Of a stretch of 64,000 bases of DNA, positions 54,765 through 64,000 are shown in pieces. This DNA comes from Candidatus Latescibacterota bacterium (GTDB taxonomy: Bacteria > Latescibacterota > UBA2968), in the NCBI GenBank assembly GCA_965208125.1, contig OZ242320.1, positions 3,584,001 to 3,648,000 of the forward strand, written 5' to 3'. Made by a program: the position numbers and the translations under genes. The notes beneath the pieces are model-generated. The model searched no databases and was not told where the DNA came from. It worked only from the letters and a program-made list of their open reading frames with translations. Each line of letters begins with the position of its first letter. Positions within the stretch are counted from its first letter, which is position 1.

Positions 54765-55706
54765 ATGACCATTCAGGAGCAGTTGCACTACGAGCAGGTG
54801 AATGATGAGTCGCTGAGTTTTCTCAAAGCGATTGGCGTTGACTATCTGACGATCAATCCGTCGATGGATATGCGCGATGGCAAAGATCGCCGCGCGTACT
54901 GGGAAGAGACGCGGGATAGGGCTGCTGATCACGGCCTGATTTTGCGGAATGCCGCCAGCTATGGTTGGGATGAGTTTACTCTGGATTTGGAAGATCGAGA
55001 TGAAAAAATAGATGCCTGGTGTATGTTCATCCGCAATTTAGGAGAAGCGGGCATACCTACTTTGGGATACAATTTTAAGCCGATTGGCAATTTTCGCACA
55101 GAATCGGCGACGGGACGCGGTGGCGTCAAATACAGCACGTTTGATTACGACGAATGGGCGCGCGAGCGCGTGTATGTGCCCGACAAAGTAATTTCAGAAG
55201 CTGGCATGTGGGAAAATATCGAATATTTTTTGAAGCGCGTGATACCCGTGGCCGAGGAATACGGCGTGAGGATGGCATTGCATCCGGATGATCCGCCCAT
55301 TCCCGAACCGATGGGTGGGGCCGCTCGTATTGTATCGACATTGGAGCAATATCATCGCATCTTTGACCTTGCTCCCAGCCCGTGTAATGCCATGCTATTT
55401 TGTCAGGGTTGCGTGGCGGAAATGGGCGAAGATGTTTGCGAAGCGATCCGCGATATTGGTAGTCGGGATAAAATTGTGTATGTGCATTTTCGAGATATTC
55501 AGGGTACGCCGAAAAGTTTTCGAGAGGTGTTTATCGATGAGGGACAAAATGATATGCACAAAGCGATGCAAACCTACAAAGACGTGGGGTTTAATGGCCC
55601 GTTTATGATGGACCACACTCCCAGGTTCTGGCAATCGGGTACTGAGTGGGCAGGACGCGCGTTTGCCGTGGGGTACATGCGCGCGTTGATTCAGGCGGTT
55701 TATTAA
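54765..55706 (+). CDS. uxuA: Mannonate dehydratase family protein
   Basis: YNF, FL..VIPVAEE.GV..ALHPDDPP, FC.G, VHFRD, F.E.F.DEG, DH.P. Confidence 0.8.
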   Translation: MTIQEQLHYEQVNDESLSFLKAIGVDYLTINPSMDMRDGKDRRAYWEETRDRAADHGLILRNAASYGWDEFTLDLEDRDEKIDAWCMFIRNLGEAGIPTLGYNFKPIGNFRTESATGRGGVKYSTFDYDEWARERVYVPDKVISEAGMWENIEYFLKRVIPVAEEYGVRMALHPDDPPIPEPMGGAARIVSTLEQYHRIFDLAPSPCNAMLFCQGCVAEMGEDVCEAIRDIGSRDKIVYVHFRDIQGTPKSFREVFIDEGQNDMHKAMQTYKDVGFNGPFMMDHTPRFWQSGTEWAGRAFAVGYMRALIQAVY

Positions 55707-55718
55707 AAGGAGAGCAAT

Positions 55719-56711
55719 ATGGGAAAGAAGACGGCAAGTTCTCAGAAGGTCGTCAAGGTTGCCATGATCGGTGCGGGGGGGCGGTCGCGCAGTGTACACT
55801 ATCCCTCGCTGAACGATATGGACGATGTCAAAATGGTGGCCGTATGCGAGTTGAATGAAGTGCGTATGATCGAGGTGGCGGGGGAGTACGATATTCCCGC
55901 GCGATACACCAATTATGTGACGATGATCGAACGGGAAAAACCCGATGTGGTGTATGCGATTATGCCACCGCATCACATATACGATCTGGCGGCGAATATT
56001 ATGGATATGGGCGTTAATATCATTATTGAAAAACCACCTTCAGTAACGACCGAGCAGGCCAAACAGATGGCATTGTTGGCAAAAAAGAACAATGTGATTA
56101 CGGGCGTGACATTCCAGAGGCGGTTTGCGCCGGTGATTCGCACGGGAAAAGAAATATGCGAGAAAAATGGGCCGGTGCACAGCGCGGCGTCGTATTTTTA
56201 TAAAAACGAAGTGGGTGGGCGGCCCATTTACAAGGGCGCAATGGAAAAACTGACCTGCGATGGCATTCACGCGGTGGATACGCTGCGATATTTGTGTGGT
56301 GGAGAAGTAGAAGCCGTGGCGAGCGATGTGCGGCGATTGGATGCTACGTTTAGAAATATGCACACAGCCCTGGTGAAGTTTTCGTCTGGCGCGACAGGTG
56401 TGCTACAAAATTGTTATATGATGGGACGTCGGATGTTCACGGTGGAAGTACATTCGACGGGTATTTCGATGTTTGGTGATCCCGAAGAGGGCGGGCAGGT
56501 ATTTGCCGATGGCAAAGTCGAACCCGTGCGCTCGCTCGATCCATGGATACTGGGCGAAAGCGAGCAGCCGCATGTCGCTTTTGGGGCTTATGCTATCAAC
56601 CGCCATTTTATCGATTGCGTAAAAACGGGGCAACAACCTGAAACAAATTTTGAAGATGCGGCAAAATCCATGGAATTGGTCGATGCGATTTACGATTCGC
56701 AAATCGGATGA
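55719..56711 (+). CDS. Gfo/Idh/MocA family oxidoreductase
   Basis: IGAGG, EKP, FQRRF, IH.VD. Confidence 0.88.
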   Translation: MGKKTASSQKVVKVAMIGAGGRSRSVHYPSLNDMDDVKMVAVCELNEVRMIEVAGEYDIPARYTNYVTMIEREKPDVVYAIMPPHHIYDLAANIMDMGVNIIIEKPPSVTTEQAKQMALLAKKNNVITGVTFQRRFAPVIRTGKEICEKNGPVHSAASYFYKNEVGGRPIYKGAMEKLTCDGIHAVDTLRYLCGGEVEAVASDVRRLDATFRNMHTALVKFSSGATGVLQNCYMMGRRMFTVEVHSTGISMFGDPEEGGQVFADGKVEPVRSLDPWILGESEQPHVAFGAYAINRHFIDCVKTGQQPETNFEDAAKSMELVDAIYDSQIG

Positions 56712-56731
56712 GATGTAATTATTAAGAAAAG

Positions 56732-56765
56732 AAAAGGGCGGGATATATCGCATTCCGCCCTTTTT
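56732..56765. terminator. Bidirectional terminator
   Basis: AAAAGGGCGGGA...TTCCGCCCTTTTT between convergent genes. Confidence 0.75.
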
Positions 56766-56781
56766 GTTATTAGAATACCGA

Positions 56782-57339
56782 TTAAAGCCCTAAGTCATCG
56801 GAAATATTATGCATCGCATCGCGTACAAAAGCAATATGGTCGTCTAATTCTATACCGAGTTCTTCGGCGCCAATTAGAATGTCTTCTCTCGAGACATTTC
56901 GGGCAAAGCTTTTTTGTTTTATTTTTTTTTGCACTGAAGAGACTTTGAGGTCTGCGAGTTTTTTGGTGGGTTGCATTAGAGTTACAGCCACGATAAATCC
57001 AGTCAGTTCATCTACTGCAAAGAGGGCTTTATCGAGCAGGCTTTCTCTGGGCACTCCCAAATAGGGCGCGTGTGCTTTAATCGCATGGATCATTGCTTCT
57101 GGATATCCCTTTTCTTCGAGTATTGCCACGCCAAACATGGGGTGTTCGTCTGGCGTAGGATGTTTTTCATAGTCAAAATCGTGTAGCAATCCGGTAATGC
57201 CCCACAAGTTCTCATCTCGACCAAATTTTCGCGCATAGGCACGCATTGCAGCTTCTACTGCGAGCATGTGTTTGATGAGATTGATGTTTTCTGTGTGCTC
57301 GGTCAGCAATGCAAAGGCATCATTGCGGTTGAGTGACAT
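56782..57339 (-). CDS. HD domain protein
   Basis: H..AVE..M, GLLHDFDYE, HP, AH, DELTG. Confidence 0.88.
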   Translation of the reverse strand: MSLNRNDAFALLTEHTENINLIKHMLAVEAAMRAYARKFGRDENLWGITGLLHDFDYEKHPTPDEHPMFGVAILEEKGYPEAMIHAIKAHAPYLGVPRESLLDKALFAVDELTGFIVAVTLMQPTKKLADLKVSSVQKKIKQKSFARNVSREDILIGAEELGIELDDHIAFVRDAMHNISDDLGL

Positions 57340-57354
57340 GAGAATTCCTCGGGT

Positions 57355-57954
57355 TTATAACAGGTGTCCATTTCCACGTGTCCGGTGCTTTACTTCGCGC
57401 AGGGTGACGAGTGACTTTTCGAGTGCATTGGACACGGTTTCAAGGCGTTTGTTGGGTGAGGTATTTTCCAGAAGTGCTTGCTGTTCGTCGAGGGATAAGC
57501 TGAGATTTGCTGCGAGGATGTATGAGAGCACACCCAGTTCCAGGGCGGGTATTTGGGGCGATATCCAGCCCGATGAGAGCTTCAGGGCTTCGGAATAGAG
57601 TTTTTTGGCGCGGTTCCCCAAAGCGATGTCAAAGGCTTCGTCGTCGTCTTCTACGTCTTCCACAAAGCCCGATATATACGGATGGATATCGTATTGCTGA
57701 ATAACGCGAAAGCGTCGCGTTCCTTCAATCATGATGTTCATGCGGCCGTCGGGAAAACGATTGATCAGGCCGACAACACGCGCTGCGCATCCGATGTCGC
57801 TAAAATCGTCGTCCGTACCCCATACAAGACCAAATTCGGTATCGTTGTCAAGACACTCACCGATCATTTGCTTGTATCGCTCTTCGAAGATGTGCAGGGG
57901 AACACGTCGGTGTGGCATCAGCACCAGGTCGAGAGGGAAGAGGGGAAGTTCCAT
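57355..57954 (-). CDS. LON peptidase substrate-binding domain protein
   Basis: LPLFPL..VL.P....LHIFE.RY, DGR..I...G..RF. Confidence 0.88.
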   Translation of the reverse strand: MELPLFPLDLVLMPHRRVPLHIFEERYKQMIGECLDNDTEFGLVWGTDDDFSDIGCAARVVGLINRFPDGRMNIMIEGTRRFRVIQQYDIHPYISGFVEDVEDDDEAFDIALGNRAKKLYSEALKLSSGWISPQIPALELGVLSYILAANLSLSLDEQQALLENTSPNKRLETVSNALEKSLVTLREVKHRTRGNGHLL

Positions 57955-57958
57955 TGGG

Positions 57959-58858
57959 TCAGGGAGCGGGTTTTTGATCGCTGTTTAAAAGAATATCGAG
58001 CAATTTTTGAGTGGCGATTGACAAACTGCGTCCTTTGCGAAAGAGGATGCCCAATGGCCGATCAAAATCTCGATCTACAAAGTGCAGATATGCAAGGGTT
58101 TTGCGAGCGAGTTCTTGCTCAATGGAATTGAGTGGCAAAATAGAGATGCCAATATCGACTTCTACAGCGTGTTTGATAGGGGCTATGTGGTCGAGTTCCA
58201 TGACGATATTGGGAAGTATTTTGTATTTTTTTAGGAACTGATCAATGGCACGCCGCGTTGGGGTTTCGGGAGTAAAAAGAACCAGAGGAAATTTGTTGAG
58301 TTCTTGTGGTAAGAATGCGTTGCGAGAGGCCAATGCATGCTCAGGATGCATGGCTACGACCATTTTGTCTTGTGTAAAAGGCATTATATCTACATTGCGT
58401 TGGGTGCGGGGATACGGCACAATGCCCAAATCGACTTCGCCATTGGCAACATCGTCATAAATTTTGTTTACTTGATCGTATTGGAGACGGAAATTAACCC
58501 GGGGATAGGCTTTGAGATAGGTTTTGAGAAAGGGGGTGAGTTCGAGCATACCCACACTGTAAATAGATGCCAGACGAACAGTTCCCGAAACCACCCCACT
58601 CAGAGCCTGGATACGGTGTTCCATTTCTTCGTAGCGCCGGACAATGTCTCGGGCATAAGAGTAAAAAATTTCGCCTTCTGCAGTGAGTGTCAGGCGTCTT
58701 TTTTCAACGCGTTCGATGAGTTGTTTTCCCTGGCGTTTTTCAATGCTTTTGAGTTGCTGGCTTACCGCGGATTGAGTAACGGAATTAAGGACAGCTGTTT
58801 TGGAAAAACTCTGCGTTTCAATCAGGTCACAAAAGACTTTCAGGCTCGTAATCAGCAA
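57959..58858 (-). CDS. LysR family transcriptional regulator
   Basis: SFSKTA....TQSAVSQQ...IE, LT.EG, substrate-binding domain. Confidence 0.9.
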   Translation of the reverse strand: MLITSLKVFCDLIETQSFSKTAVLNSVTQSAVSQQLKSIEKRQGKQLIERVEKRRLTLTAEGEIFYSYARDIVRRYEEMEHRIQALSGVVSGTVRLASIYSVGMLELTPFLKTYLKAYPRVNFRLQYDQVNKIYDDVANGEVDLGIVPYPRTQRNVDIMPFTQDKMVVAMHPEHALASRNAFLPQELNKFPLVLFTPETPTRRAIDQFLKKYKILPNIVMELDHIAPIKHAVEVDIGISILPLNSIEQELARKTLAYLHFVDRDFDRPLGILFRKGRSLSIATQKLLDILLNSDQKPAP

Positions 58859-59112
58859 GGGGCTTTCTCCATCGTTAAAATTATAAGAGGATATGAAATT
58901 GTGAGGGGGTGTAAAGTAGAGTGACGAATCTATAAGAAAATTGAAACTATGTCAATAGAAAAACTGGATTTTAAAAAATAGTGCCCATTTTGAGCAACTC
59001 GTGGAAACAATGAATAGGGACTACTGATAGAACATCAATTTTGGATTTGCCCTTGTAAAAAACGCCAGAACATCTTATACTTCAATTTGTTATCGCTATG
59101 TGGAGATCACTT

Positions 59113-59982
59113 ATGAACTGGTTTAACAAGCTCAAATCTGGTATTCGGACGCTTGTGCGAAAGCGTATGCCCGAAAATATTTGGATTAAATGCGAGCGAT
59201 GTGAGCAAATAGTTTATCGAAAGAAACTCGAGCAAAATACAGGTATTTGCCCGCATTGCAAACATCACTTTCGCATATCCAGTGCCGATTATATAGTCGC
59301 TGTGCTCGATGAAGAATCGTTTGAAGAAATAGGCCAGGAGGTCAAATCGGCCGATCCGCTCGTATTTGTCGATCTACAGCCCTACCCCGATCGGATCAAA
59401 GAATATCGCAAACGCACCAATATGGATGCCGCTGTGCTGGCTGGCGTGGGGAAGATCGATGGTGCGCCTGTGGGTATTGCCGTACATGAATTTGGTTTTA
59501 TGGGGGGGTCGCTCGGTTCGGCTGAAGGCGAGCGAATTTGTCGGGTGATTGATCGATGTATGCGCGATCAATTGCCGCTGATTATTGTGTGTCGGTCCGG
59601 CGGTGCACGCATGCAAGAGAGCATTTTTTCGCTGATGCAAATGGCGAAAGTCAATGCCAAGTTGTCCCAATTTGCAGATGCGGGACTGCTGTTTATTTCT
59701 ATTCTTATAGATCCCACAACAGCCGGTGTAAACGCCAGTTACGCTTCAATTGGCGATATCAATATCGCCGAGCCAAATGCGCTGATCGGGTTTACGGGAT
59801 CGCGTATTACAGGGTCTTCTGTGAGTGCCTCCGAGATGGAAGCCCTGCGCCAGGCACAACGCGCGGAGCAAGTGCTCGAACACGGTTTTGTCGATATGAT
59901 TGTTTCTCGAGATAAAATGAAAGCTACTCTGTCTCAGTTGATTGAGATGTTAAGCAAAAAGTCCCCCGAGGTTACTTCATGA
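59113..59982 (+). CDS. accD: Acetyl-CoA carboxylase carboxyltransferase beta subunit
   Basis: W.KC..C...CP.C zinc finger, F.GGS.G, SGGARMQE, LMQMAK, PT.AGV.AS, AEP.ALIGF. Confidence 0.93.
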   Translation: MNWFNKLKSGIRTLVRKRMPENIWIKCERCEQIVYRKKLEQNTGICPHCKHHFRISSADYIVAVLDEESFEEIGQEVKSADPLVFVDLQPYPDRIKEYRKRTNMDAAVLAGVGKIDGAPVGIAVHEFGFMGGSLGSAEGERICRVIDRCMRDQLPLIIVCRSGGARMQESIFSLMQMAKVNAKLSQFADAGLLFISILIDPTTAGVNASYASIGDINIAEPNALIGFTGSRITGSSVSASEMEALRQAQRAEQVLEHGFVDMIVSRDKMKATLSQLIEMLSKKSPEVTS

Positions 59983-60428
59983 AGATTCTCGTTTTACAAG
60001 GTCCCAATATTAACATGCTGGGACGGCGCAAAGCCGAGCACTACGGTACTGTGACAATGGACGAGATTCACATGCATCTCGAACAAAAGGCGGATGAACT
60101 GGGGTGCGAAATTGTGTGTTTTCAGTCGAATCACGAGGGGGCACTCGTCTCAAAAGTGCAGGAACTGCGCGATTCTGTAAATGGTATTCTTGTAAATCCC
60201 GCAGGGCTGACTACAACAAGTGTATCGCTGCGGGACGCATTTGAAGATGCGGGTTTACCACTGGTTGAAATTCACCTGTCCAATATCCACGCGCGAGAAG
60301 CATGGCGGCGACATTCTCTGTTTTCTGAAATTGCCGTGGGTATTATTGCCGGATTCAGGTGGCGCGGCTATGTGTCGGCACTTGATATGCTGGTGGGCAT
60401 GTTGAGAGAAGTAAGAAGTGAGAAGTGA
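59979..60428 (+). CDS. aroQ: Type II 3-dehydroquinate dehydratase
   Basis: GPN.N.LGRR....YG, QSNHEG, NPA..T, E.HLSNI.ARE..R. Confidence 0.95.
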   Translation: MKILVLQGPNINMLGRRKAEHYGTVTMDEIHMHLEQKADELGCEIVCFQSNHEGALVSKVQELRDSVNGILVNPAGLTTTSVSLRDAFEDAGLPLVEIHLSNIHAREAWRRHSLFSEIAVGIIAGFRWRGYVSALDMLVGMLREVRSEK

Positions 60429-60543
60429 GAAGTCCACCCCGCTCCACCCAAAAACTGGTATATCATCCTACCTTTTGCTTCATCTTCACCCTTCCTACTT
60501 CACCGTGAACTGGTCTGCGACCAGTTGTACCCCGTTTCCTACT

Positions 60544-61269
60544 TCATTTGTAAAGGTCGAATGTCTCAATAAATTGGGCAATAGATTCTGGCACGAGATC
60601 TGTGATAGGATCTCCTGCTCGGATGCGTTTGCGTACTTCGGTAGAGGAAATATTGCCAAAGGAAGGGGGTAGTTGAAGAGGGTGTACGCGGTTCGCAAAA
60701 GGCGCGCATTCAGGGCGTGACATAAATCTGTGAAAGACTTCCCGCGAAGGATTTTCGCGGTTGGCAGATACAATGTGGCACAGTGAAAATAGCACTTTGA
60801 GTTCGGCGGGCATGTCGGTGTAATAGCGCGGGTCAAAGATGCGTATCAGGGTGTCGTGTCCGACGAGAAAGTAGATTTGGGCGTTGGATGAAAAATGTGC
60901 TCTGAGTGCGTGTGCTTTGTCGATAAAGCGGGCATGGCTACATCCCGCAATTGACAGGCAGGTGTCCAATTGGGTATCAGAATTCGCGTAATTGACCATC
61001 ATGGCGAGGCGTTGGCTCAGGTCTGCACCAAAGAGGGCTTTATCGACATTGGTTTTGGCGAGGAGGAGGACGATTTCGTCAAAGTTAAAAGCATTTTGTG
61101 CATGGCGTACAAGTGCCTTATGGGCAAGGGTAAGCGGATTGAAGGATGCGTCGAGTACCCCGATATGCTTGGGTTGCCGAGGTGCGACTCGATGTACAAA
61201 TCGCACCACAGGGGGACTTTGGGGATCAAGGCTATCCATGAGGATGCGGTAGTTTTCAAGGGTGTTCAT
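60544..61269 (-). CDS. Nicotinamide/nicotinate-nucleotide adenylyltransferase-like protein (Pof1-type)
   Basis: LDASFNPLTLAH, N.DK, F.DK, VG.DTLIRIFD.RYY, ISSTEVR. Confidence 0.8.
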   Translation of the reverse strand: MNTLENYRILMDSLDPQSPPVVRFVHRVAPRQPKHIGVLDASFNPLTLAHKALVRHAQNAFNFDEIVLLLAKTNVDKALFGADLSQRLAMMVNYANSDTQLDTCLSIAGCSHARFIDKAHALRAHFSSNAQIYFLVGHDTLIRIFDPRYYTDMPAELKVLFSLCHIVSANRENPSREVFHRFMSRPECAPFANRVHPLQLPPSFGNISSTEVRKRIRAGDPITDLVPESIAQFIETFDLYK

Positions 61270-61364
61270 GATGAGGAAAATTTATGTTAGAGGCAGGTGG
61301 GGGGCAAGTATAAATAGCGATTAGTCCAGATAACCTATCGCCGAAATGCATGAGGATATCATAA

Positions 61365-62117
61365 ATGATTTACCGATTGTTTTTAATGGTTCTTGTCATT
61401 CTGTTTGCCAATCCCGTTGTGCCGTTGGCATCTGAGCAAGATGTGGAATCTATTGTGAGAAAAATTGACGCGCTCTACCGCAGCAAAACCAGCGTGGCGG
61501 ATATGGAGATGCAGATTGTTACGCCACACTGGGAACGCACGTTGTTGATGAGGGTGTGGACAAAGGGAATGGATAAGACTTTCATCCGCATTGACGCACC
61601 CAAAAAGGAAAAGGGCGTTACAACGCTGCGCATCGGCAACGAGATGTGGAATTATCTTCCAAAGACCAACAAGGTGATAAAGGTGCCGCCATCGATGATG
61701 ATGGGGTCGTGGATGGGGTCGGATTTTACGAATGATGACCTCGTCAAAGAGTCGTCAATGCTCAACGATTATATCTACGATTTGATTGTGCCGGATGACG
61801 CGGAACCGGGTCATCTTTACATTCGGTTCATTCCGAAGGAAGATTCTCCGATTGTTTGGGGCAGGCTCATCACGGCTGTGCGGGTAGATGATCTGATTCC
61901 GGTGTGGCAACATTTCTATGATGAGAAGGGCAATTTGATGCGGGTCTTGAATTTCAAAGAGATTGTGTCGTTCGGCGGCAAGACGATTCCAACTTTGATG
62001 GAGATGATCCCCCAGAACAAGGACAGGCACAAAACCGTTATGCGTTATCTCAAGGCCGAATTTGATGTGCAGATAGATGACGATGTATTCACGCGGCGCA
62101 ATCTTCAGAGAAAATGA
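61365..62117 (+). CDS. Outer membrane lipoprotein-sorting (LolA-like) protein
   Basis: Signal peptide, W.YLP.....I, SWMGSDFT.DD, FT.RNL. Confidence 0.85.
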   Translation: MIYRLFLMVLVILFANPVVPLASEQDVESIVRKIDALYRSKTSVADMEMQIVTPHWERTLLMRVWTKGMDKTFIRIDAPKKEKGVTTLRIGNEMWNYLPKTNKVIKVPPSMMMGSWMGSDFTNDDLVKESSMLNDYIYDLIVPDDAEPGHLYIRFIPKEDSPIVWGRLITAVRVDDLIPVWQHFYDEKGNLMRVLNFKEIVSFGGKTIPTLMEMIPQNKDRHKTVMRYLKAEFDVQIDDDVFTRRNLQRK

Positions 62118-63331
62118 CGATGCTCAAAATGGCATTTCGCAATATCTTTCGTCAAAGACGGCGCACTGTGTTGACTGCGCTTGCAATGATCGTGGGGTTC
62201 ACGCTTTCGTCGGTCTTTATCGGCTGGTCAGATGGCGCGTATTCAGATATTATTTCGATGTTCACGCGGAATCGCATCGGGCATATTCAGGTGCATCGAG
62301 CGGGCTACCTCGACAAGCCGTCGCTTTACGATGTGATCGACAGTTATGAATCCATTGGAGAAAAGATTGCCGGTGTTGCTGGCGTTGAGGCGTGGACGCC
62401 GCGCATCTATTCGGCGGGGCTCGGTTCGGTGGGCGATAAGACGATGGGGGTGCAAATCATCGGCGTAGATGTGGAGCGCGAGGTGAAAGCCACGCGGTTT
62501 GATCGGAAGATCACCAGTGGGGCGATATTTTCAGAGACTGCCACGGGCGAAGCGGTTCTCGGTGTTGGGCTGGCGCGCATCCTGAAGACGGATGTTGGTC
62601 GCGAAATTGTGCTCGTCACACAGGGCACGGATGGTGCTATTGCCAATGATTTGTACACAATTATCGGTATAGCAGAAAGCGGCGACAAAGCGACTGATCG
62701 GATGGCGTGCTATCTTCATATCGATGACGCGCAGGATTTGCTCGTACTCAATGGGCGGGTTCATGAAATCGCTGTGATCGTCGAGGCGTTGGATCGCGTC
62801 CCCAAAATTACCGCGGAGATTGAGGTGCGGCTCAACGACACAACGCTCGAGGTGTCGCCGTGGCAGGTCGTCGCCAAATCATTTTATCGCGCGATGCAGG
62901 CCGATAGACAGGGCGATCTTATTGGACGCATGATTATTATGCTGATTGTCGCCATTGGCGTGCTGAACACGGTTCTGATGTCGGTGCTGGAGCGCACGCG
63001 AGAGTACGGTGTGTTGAAAGCGATGGGAACAAAACCGAGTCAGATCTTCGGAGTGGTGGTGGCTGAGGTGACGTTTATCGCGCTTGGTAGCATTTTTATT
63101 GGTGCATTGTTCGGTGCGGGTCTCAACTATTGGCTGTCTATCTATGGCATCTCACTGCCGCAAGAGTTTTCCTATGGCGGTATTGTGTTTCAGACGATGT
63201 ACGCTGCGGTCACTGTGCGAAGTCTTGTAATTCCCGCAGTTACGGTCCTTGTCTCGGCAATTTTGGTCAGCCTGTTTCCCGCGCTGAGAGCAGCGCGAAT
63301 TGCCCCGGCCAACGCGATGAGAACGCATTAG
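62114..63331 (+). CDS. ABC transporter permease (LolC/E, FtsX-like)
   Basis: A.RNI.RQRRRT, NT.LMSV.ERTREYG.LKA.G, PA.RAA. Confidence 0.9.
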   Translation: MTMLKMAFRNIFRQRRRTVLTALAMIVGFTLSSVFIGWSDGAYSDIISMFTRNRIGHIQVHRAGYLDKPSLYDVIDSYESIGEKIAGVAGVEAWTPRIYSAGLGSVGDKTMGVQIIGVDVEREVKATRFDRKITSGAIFSETATGEAVLGVGLARILKTDVGREIVLVTQGTDGAIANDLYTIIGIAESGDKATDRMACYLHIDDAQDLLVLNGRVHEIAVIVEALDRVPKITAEIEVRLNDTTLEVSPWQVVAKSFYRAMQADRQGDLIGRMIIMLIVAIGVLNTVLMSVLERTREYGVLKAMGTKPSQIFGVVVAEVTFIALGSIFIGALFGAGLNYWLSIYGISLPQEFSYGGIVFQTMYAAVTVRSLVIPAVTVLVSAILVSLFPALRAARIAPANAMRTH

Positions 63332-63336
63332 GAACT

Positions 63337-64000
63337 ATGTCCTGGATACTGATAAAGCTCGCGTGGAAGAATCTCTTTCGACATAAACGCCGCTCCGTCA
63401 TAGCTGCAACAGCTATGGGAATTGGACTTGCTGCACTTATCTTTGCCGATGCACTCTGGTTGGGGATGGAGCAGAACATGGTCAAAACGGCGACGGCGTC
63501 ATTTCTGGGAGATGGCCAGATTCATCGGGAGGGGTTTTCCGACGAGCAAGCAGTTGAGTTGACGATTAACCATCTCGATGCGGTGGTAGCCAATCTTCGG
63601 CGGGAAGGTATCGTGGCGCACTTCACCTTGCGGACGTTCGCCTTTGGTATGATAACTTCACCTGCAACTGTTGCGGCGGTCAATCTCGTGGGCGTCGAAC
63701 CATCTACCGAGCAGTATCTGTCTCAAATTGACGATGCGATTGTTGAAGGCGCGTTTTTTGAGGGGGCAAATCCGCGGGACATTGTCATCGGTGAGGAACT
63801 CGTGGAACGCCTTGAGGTGGGGTTAAACGATAGGGTTGTCGTGACGATGGCGCAAGCCGGGAGCGGCGATCTCTCGCAGGAGATGTTCCGCGTTTCTGGA
63901 ATTTATCGTTTTGCCGACGAGGGGATGAACAGCGGCATGGCGTTTATTCGATTGGAGAAGGCGCAGCAGATGCTCGCTCTCGGCGCAGGAGCGCACGAGA
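63337..64000 (+). CDS. ABC transporter permease (LolC/E-like), truncated by window end
   Basis: Read by hand: MSWILIKLAWKNLFRHKRRS..., paralogous to the upstream permease. Confidence 0.85.
   Translation, partial: MSWILIKLAWKNLFRHKRRSVIAATAMGIGLAALIFADALWLGMEQNMVKTATASFLGDGQIHREGFSDEQAVELTINHLDAVVANLRREGIVAHFTLRTFAFGMITSPATVAAVNLVGVEPSTEQYLSQIDDAIVEGAFFEGANPRDIVIGEELVERLEVGLNDRVVVTMAQAGSGDLSQEMFRVSGIYRFADEGMNSGMAFIRLEKAQQMLALGAGAHE

Noticed and set aside
60589-60604. TGGCACGAGATCTGT sigma54-like site
   Set aside because: Lacks the -12 GC and lies inside a coding region
1-64000. CRISPR array, rRNA, integrase, reverse transcriptase or prophage structural genes
   Set aside because: No repeat-spacer periodicity or corresponding motifs were seen by eye

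Overview
Bacterial chromosomal window of mostly housekeeping and metabolic genes (gdh, nadB, guaA, ddl, ispDF, queA, uxuA, accD, aroQ, tRNA-Thr) with three accessory regions. The gene repertoire (PhyH-family dioxygenases, Gfo/Idh/MocA oxidoreductases, propeller-fused sigma54 activators) is reminiscent of Latescibacterota/Poribacteria-like bacteria; this is inference only. Region 1 (1-7.7 kb): two paralogous beta-propeller/Y_Y_Y/sigma54-AAA+ activators with no signal peptide or TM helix, flanking a sigma54-driven T4-Imm-like gene and bracketed by an 86-bp structured direct repeat. Region 2 (20-23.4 kb): a tnpB-only IS200/IS605 element whose RuvC-II glutamate appears relocated, next to a GmrSD-type nuclease. 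Region 3 (29.5-41.3 kb) is the best candidate for an undescribed system. It lies between the guaA 3' end and tRNA-Thr and is a putative sigma54-driven RiPP-like operon. It encodes two glycosyltransferases (a GT4+COG4671-like fusion, and a GT4 with a possible C-terminal RiPP recognition element), four precursor peptides, a cNMP-C39 peptidase ABC exporter with an intact catalytic triad, HlyD, a parvulin-like PPIase and a UDP-GlcNAc 2-epimerase. The precursors share a double-glycine-type leader (GG or GL), always followed by Ser/Cys, and have unrelated or loosely related, largely acidic, Pro-rich cores. This suggests secreted glycopeptides distinct from GT2-made, disulfide-bonded glycocins. All product calls come from motifs read by eye; no searches were run.
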